From assembly GCF_964204645.1 (NCBI RefSeq), contig NC_134027.1:22592560-22656559 (forward strand): a DNA stretch of 64,000 nt, in the 5' to 3' direction. A model generated the notes under the pieces. It did no database searches, was not told the DNA's origin, and saw only the letters and a list, made by a program, of their open reading frames with translations. The position numbers and the translations under genes were made by a program. This DNA comes from Tubulanus polymorphus. Taxonomy: Eukaryota; Animalia; Nemertea. Shown one piece after another: positions 61,001 to 64,000 of this stretch (position 1 is its first letter; each line of letters opens with the position of its first letter).

Positions 61001-64000
61001 TAATCACGAGTATATTAATCAGATATCAAATTTTGAAACAGATTATATAACGAAATGAACAAGAAGAAAATCACTTTTAAATATCGGCACAATAATTCAC
61101 CTTTGCGACGAGGTGGCCACTTTCCCCTCATTACAAATTCCCTGAGTTATCCATGTTGCAACATGAAATTCCTCGAGTGAATTGGTAATTAATTATGAAT
61201 GATGGAATTTCTGCGTTTTACATTCATTCATCTTTCATAAATCACACATTGATAAAGGAAATAGCATATTCAGACCTGCCAACTCCAGAAATATGTTGTC
61301 AGTACAAATTTTCAAATTTGTCAGTATTTTCTTGAGTTTGTCAGTCACTAGTGACGCGACCCGAAACAGCTTCGAGTTCTGGTCAAAAAAAGAATTTCTA
61401 ACCAAAACATTGTAAGAATTAATCCTATCACTTATATAAGAACTAAATAATTATCAGTGTTAATATATCTTACAAAAAAGAAAATTTTCTAAGAAATTTG
61501 ATTTCTATATTTTACAGTATCTAATCTTATTTAATCTGAAAAGTATCTAATTCAAGCGATTTGTACACAATGCGACTGTTGATAAGATGAATAGCTAATA
61601 GCATTCCACCGCTAATTGTAGCCCCACTATCGACAATTGAGTCGACTATTTTAAAGCGGCGGCTCAAAAATCTATTCAAGACCGTACTAAATAGATAGTG
61701 AAAATACGGAGAAACTGTAAGGGTTGGCAGGTCTGCATATTTATAGTGTATCCAAATTCATTCCGCGAGTTTTCCAGTTTTTTTTCCACAAATGTTTTCC
61801 TTGGTTTTTCTGATTCCACGAGTTTTCCAGGTTTTCCAGGTCAAAGGCTACCCAGTTTAAGCAACCATCAAAATCTACTCAAACCTGACGGATAGAAAAA
61901 TCTATCACGGCGACACGGTAATGTTACTCAGCACTGTTCGGTATAACCTGCCACAATTCAATATCTCCGTTTAAAATTTCGCTATAATTCATCGCTTCGT
62001 GCCAGATTTTCTTCACCGTCAAATTTGCTTTCTTCGCTTTTTCGTTCAGGACTTCTAGAAATCCGAAGTTGCTTCCGAAACTGAAAACAGCGCGTCCGCC
62101 CGGGCGCAGGTAGTCGCGAGCTTCAGTAATAAAACGACCGATAGCCTCGTACCCGCGATCGACCAATGACCGATCAAGGATGCTTAAATCGCCGACTTCA
62201 CCAATCCGCTGGTAAAGATACGGCGGATGCCAGAAAATCAAATCGAACTTCTCGTCTTCACGAAGATTTTCGAAAACGTCGGAATATCGCACCTCTCCCG
62301 GGACGGCGTGACGCTCGAAATTAACCTTAGTATTCTCTAAAGCTTGTCGGTTGATGTCGGTCGCCAGCACGTAGTTAAGCTTCGATTTATTGCGCAAATA
62401 GTGAATGACACTGATGCAACCAGTCCCACATCCGATTTCTAGGAATCGAGCGCCGTCTACCGTTTGTTCCGGTAAGTTCAGCGCCATCGCGTCGTAGCCC
62501 GGGTGATAATAGACGTCGGGAAAATTTACGAATTTTTCACCGCAGAACTCGAACTCGTGTCGGCCTCCATCTTCGGTAACCAACTTCTGATTCACGTCTT
62601 GCAGACGTCGAGATTCTGCCAAAATCTCATCAGATCTCTCCAATTTTTTCTGATCCAAAGAAGTCGTCATTTTGATAGTTTAAGCTTTATCGAGTTGAAA
62701 CGAGTGATCGTAGCTCAGACAGTTCACATTATATACAATGTCTGATCTGATAAATATGTCTACTGTTCTAGTTTTTTTAATATCAAGTTCACTCTATGGT
62801 GACTAGTGATTGAGTTCATCCGATAAGTCCAAGGTTCACCTCAGTAATTGGCAAACCATAAAGAAGCTACACGCCTCATAATTCACACCAAAATGACCTT
62901 TTTGGGAACACAAATCTCGTGTCCGATCAACCCAATCTTCACGGGCCCTTGGAGGATAACCCTTAAGCCTAGCGCACATCGACACTGCGATTGGAGACAA
63001 CTAGTTGCTACCGAACGATTACCCCGCGCACATCGAAATCTAGTTACAACCGGTCAGTTGCAGCAACTGCATGGCGCGTGTCGATCGTCGAGATCCAGAG
63101 CGCGCACATTGACGGATATGACTGCGATTGAGTACAACCAGTTGCTCAAAAGTAGAACATGGGCAACTGGCTGGAACTGGAGATAGATCGACGCTTACCA
63201 ATCGTAAGCTCGCTCACATCGACACATTCAAGCAACTGATCGTATCCAGCCAGTTCCTCTCATGCGCCGTAAACTGCCTTGCAACCAGTTGTCTCCAATC
63301 GCAGTGTCGATGTGCGCTAGGCTTAAGACATATGAATTCAAGATAATTGATCAAAGCCTTTTTAAAATTTTCCTTTGAAAATTAATGAATTTTAAGACGT
63401 GCGGATTTCGTCGAACAAGAATGACCCCACAATAATGGCCCCTAGGTGGCCATCTCGATTCCGATCGAGCAAGTTTACGGCATAAACATTGTTAAAAAAA
63501 AAATATCACGACAATCCACTGAAAGGTTTTCGAAACTTCCCAAATCACTGGATTCTGTCCATAGAAAAATGGACCGATCATGAATCAATTGCAGATCACA
63601 ATATACGTGATAAAACGATAAGAGTAAAATCCCACAATAAATGTATTAAATGATAAAATGTTTATTTAAAACATATGAGAAATATTTCGGGTGGTTACTA
63701 CCACCCTTCTTCAGTCTAAAATGAAGTCTTCTTTTAGACTGAAGAAGGGTGGTAGTAACCACCCGAAATATTTCTCATATGTTTTAAATGAACATTTTAT
63801 CATTTAATTCATTTATTGTGGCATTTTACTCGTATGGACAGACAAACAAACTAACAATGCATACAGTAAATGCGATAGCCCTGAGTGAACTAAATCACAC
63901 CTCTTCAGAGTTATCTGGACAATCAAAAAGGAAGATCATCTTAAAATGTCTCATACCTTCGACGTTGCTATCGCGAATGTCAGTCGCGTTGGCTTTCAAT
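52021..64000 (-). CDS. LAMB1: Laminin subunit beta, 3' exons (gene continues beyond the window)
   Basis: Exons >64000-63957, 57452-57217, 56874-56689 (L-beta knob VCGAPGSPCDELCGGAGCGTCGG), 56299-56123, 55666-55491 (MSISLTPEQIKELANQI), 54807-54666, 53957-53781, 52808-52652, 52157-52021 (..KAKHYNECQ*); coiled-coil heptads; GT-AG junctions in phase. Confidence 0.93.
52867..53114. mobile_element. hAT-like MITE
   Basis: CAAGGGCGGACCTAGGG...CCTTGGATCTGCCCTTG. Confidence 0.6.
54469..54636. mobile_element. PIF/Harbinger-like MITE
   Basis: GGGATCATTCATTTATTACGTACGCAT...ATGCGTACGTAATAAATGAATGACCCC. Confidence 0.75.
54851..55010. mobile_element. hAT-like MITE with 5-bp TSD
   Basis: CAGCGTTTTCAATAAGA...TCTTATTGAAAACACTG flanked by CTACG. 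Confidence 0.75.
55178..55321. mobile_element. Palindromic MITE
   Basis: CAGGGGCCAGTTTCACAGTC...GACTATGCAACCGGCCCCTG. Confidence 0.75.
55771..56064. mobile_element. PIF/Harbinger-like MITE
   Basis: AGCCAGCCGTAGGTC...GACCTACGCCCGGCT with TTA TSD. Confidence 0.75.
57837..58032. repeat. Long palindrome, Penelope-like remnant
   Basis: TGTAGAGAGAATCCCACAATAATAA...TTATTATTGTGGGATTCTCTCTACA; central CTGAAGATG (minus strand) and GTCGAAACGTT motifs. Confidence 0.7.
58962..59060. repeat. (ATT)n microsatellite
   Basis: Read directly. Confidence 0.95.
59330..60076 (-). CDS. Class I SAM-dependent methyltransferase, HemK/PrmC-like, intronless, nested in laminin beta intron (copy 1)
   Basis: 248-aa ORF; motif I LLEIGCGTG, ATDIN, SDVF, FDLIFWHTPC at the NPPY position. 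Confidence 0.9.
   Translation of the reverse strand: MATFLDLEKFEKTKEILTESRRLQEMNSKFITEDGGRREFEFCGEKFVHFRDVYFRGGFESMALNLPVQTVDGARLLEIGCGTGCVSVVHYLRNKSKLNYVLATDINRQALENTKVNFERHAVPGEVRYSDVFENLREDEKFDLIFWHTPCFYLPIDEAGQLSILDRALADPGYEAIGRFVTGAHLHLRADGRAIFSFGSHIGFIDVLNEKVLNANLRLAKVWHEAIFHGEILSGNIELWQVLPISFA
61271..61735. mobile_element. hAT-like MITE with 6-bp TSD
   Basis: CAGACCTGCCAAC...GTTGGCAGGTCTG flanked by CATATT. Confidence 0.75.
61924..62670 (-). CDS. Class I SAM-dependent methyltransferase, HemK/PrmC-like, intronless, nested in laminin beta intron (copy 2)
   Basis: 248-aa ORF; FLEIGCGTG, ATDIN, FDLIFWHPPY, LRPGG. Confidence 0.9.
   Translation of the reverse strand: MTTSLDQKKLERSDEILAESRRLQDVNQKLVTEDGGRHEFEFCGEKFVNFPDVYYHPGYDAMALNLPEQTVDGARFLEIGCGTGCISVIHYLRNKSKLNYVLATDINRQALENTKVNFERHAVPGEVRYSDVFENLREDEKFDLIFWHPPYLYQRIGEVGDLSILDRSLVDRGYEAIGRFITEARDYLRPGGRAVFSFGSNFGFLEVLNEKAKKANLTVKKIWHEAMNYSEILNGDIELWQVIPNSAE
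62966..63323. mobile_element. PIF/Harbinger-like MITE
   Basis: AGCCTAGCGCACATCGACACTGCGATTGGAGACAAC...GTTGTCTCCAATCGCAGTGTCGATGTGCGCTAGGCT with TWA flanks. Confidence 0.8.
63622..63831. repeat. Long palindrome with a hammerhead-ribozyme-like core on each strand
   Basis: 63739-63774 CTGAAGA-A-GGGTGG-TAGTAA-CCACCC-GAAA-TATTTC, mirrored in the left arm. Confidence 0.7.

Noticed and set aside
59330-62670. Bacterial contamination or a restriction-modification system
   Set aside because: The genes sit between in-phase laminin exons among host MITEs; no nuclease partner, and the motif layout is HemK-like.

Overview
AT-rich, intron-containing eukaryotic DNA from an animal, probably a marine invertebrate (the taxon cannot be fixed from sequence). 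(1) 0.3-32 kb: a birth-and-death cluster of five intronless rhodopsin-class GPCRs on the minus strand, two intact and three broken. (2) Interleaved with it and running to 46 kb is a family of tiny spliced prepro-peptide genes that the ORF track largely misses. They share the layout MLSQLI-signal, acidic pro-region, RSRxRR convertase site, Trp-rich mature peptide, Gly-stop. Four copies are intact (predicted YWSWTRAWLPKPP-NH2, GWNWSSTQTW-NH2, WGNWSPPKIFKKW-NH2, WGNWSPPKVFNSW-NH2) and two are relics. Four of the five GPCR loci have a peptide gene or relic within about 1.5 kb, suggesting a co-duplicating ligand-receptor locus; this is the most interesting signal. (3) An 11-exon Ig/FN3 single-pass receptor gene with a Tyr-motif tail and two damaged exons at 14.3-20.5 kb. 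(4) An 8-9 kb tandem segmental duplication at 34.8-51.8 kb. (5) The 3' exons of a laminin beta gene (52-64 kb, minus), whose 6.5-kb intron hosts two intronless HemK/PrmC-like SAM methyltransferases. There are many MITEs (IS3EU-, hAT5/6- and Harbinger-like), LINE and SINE fragments, and palindromes with hammerhead-ribozyme-like cores. All calls come from manual reading; no database search was run.
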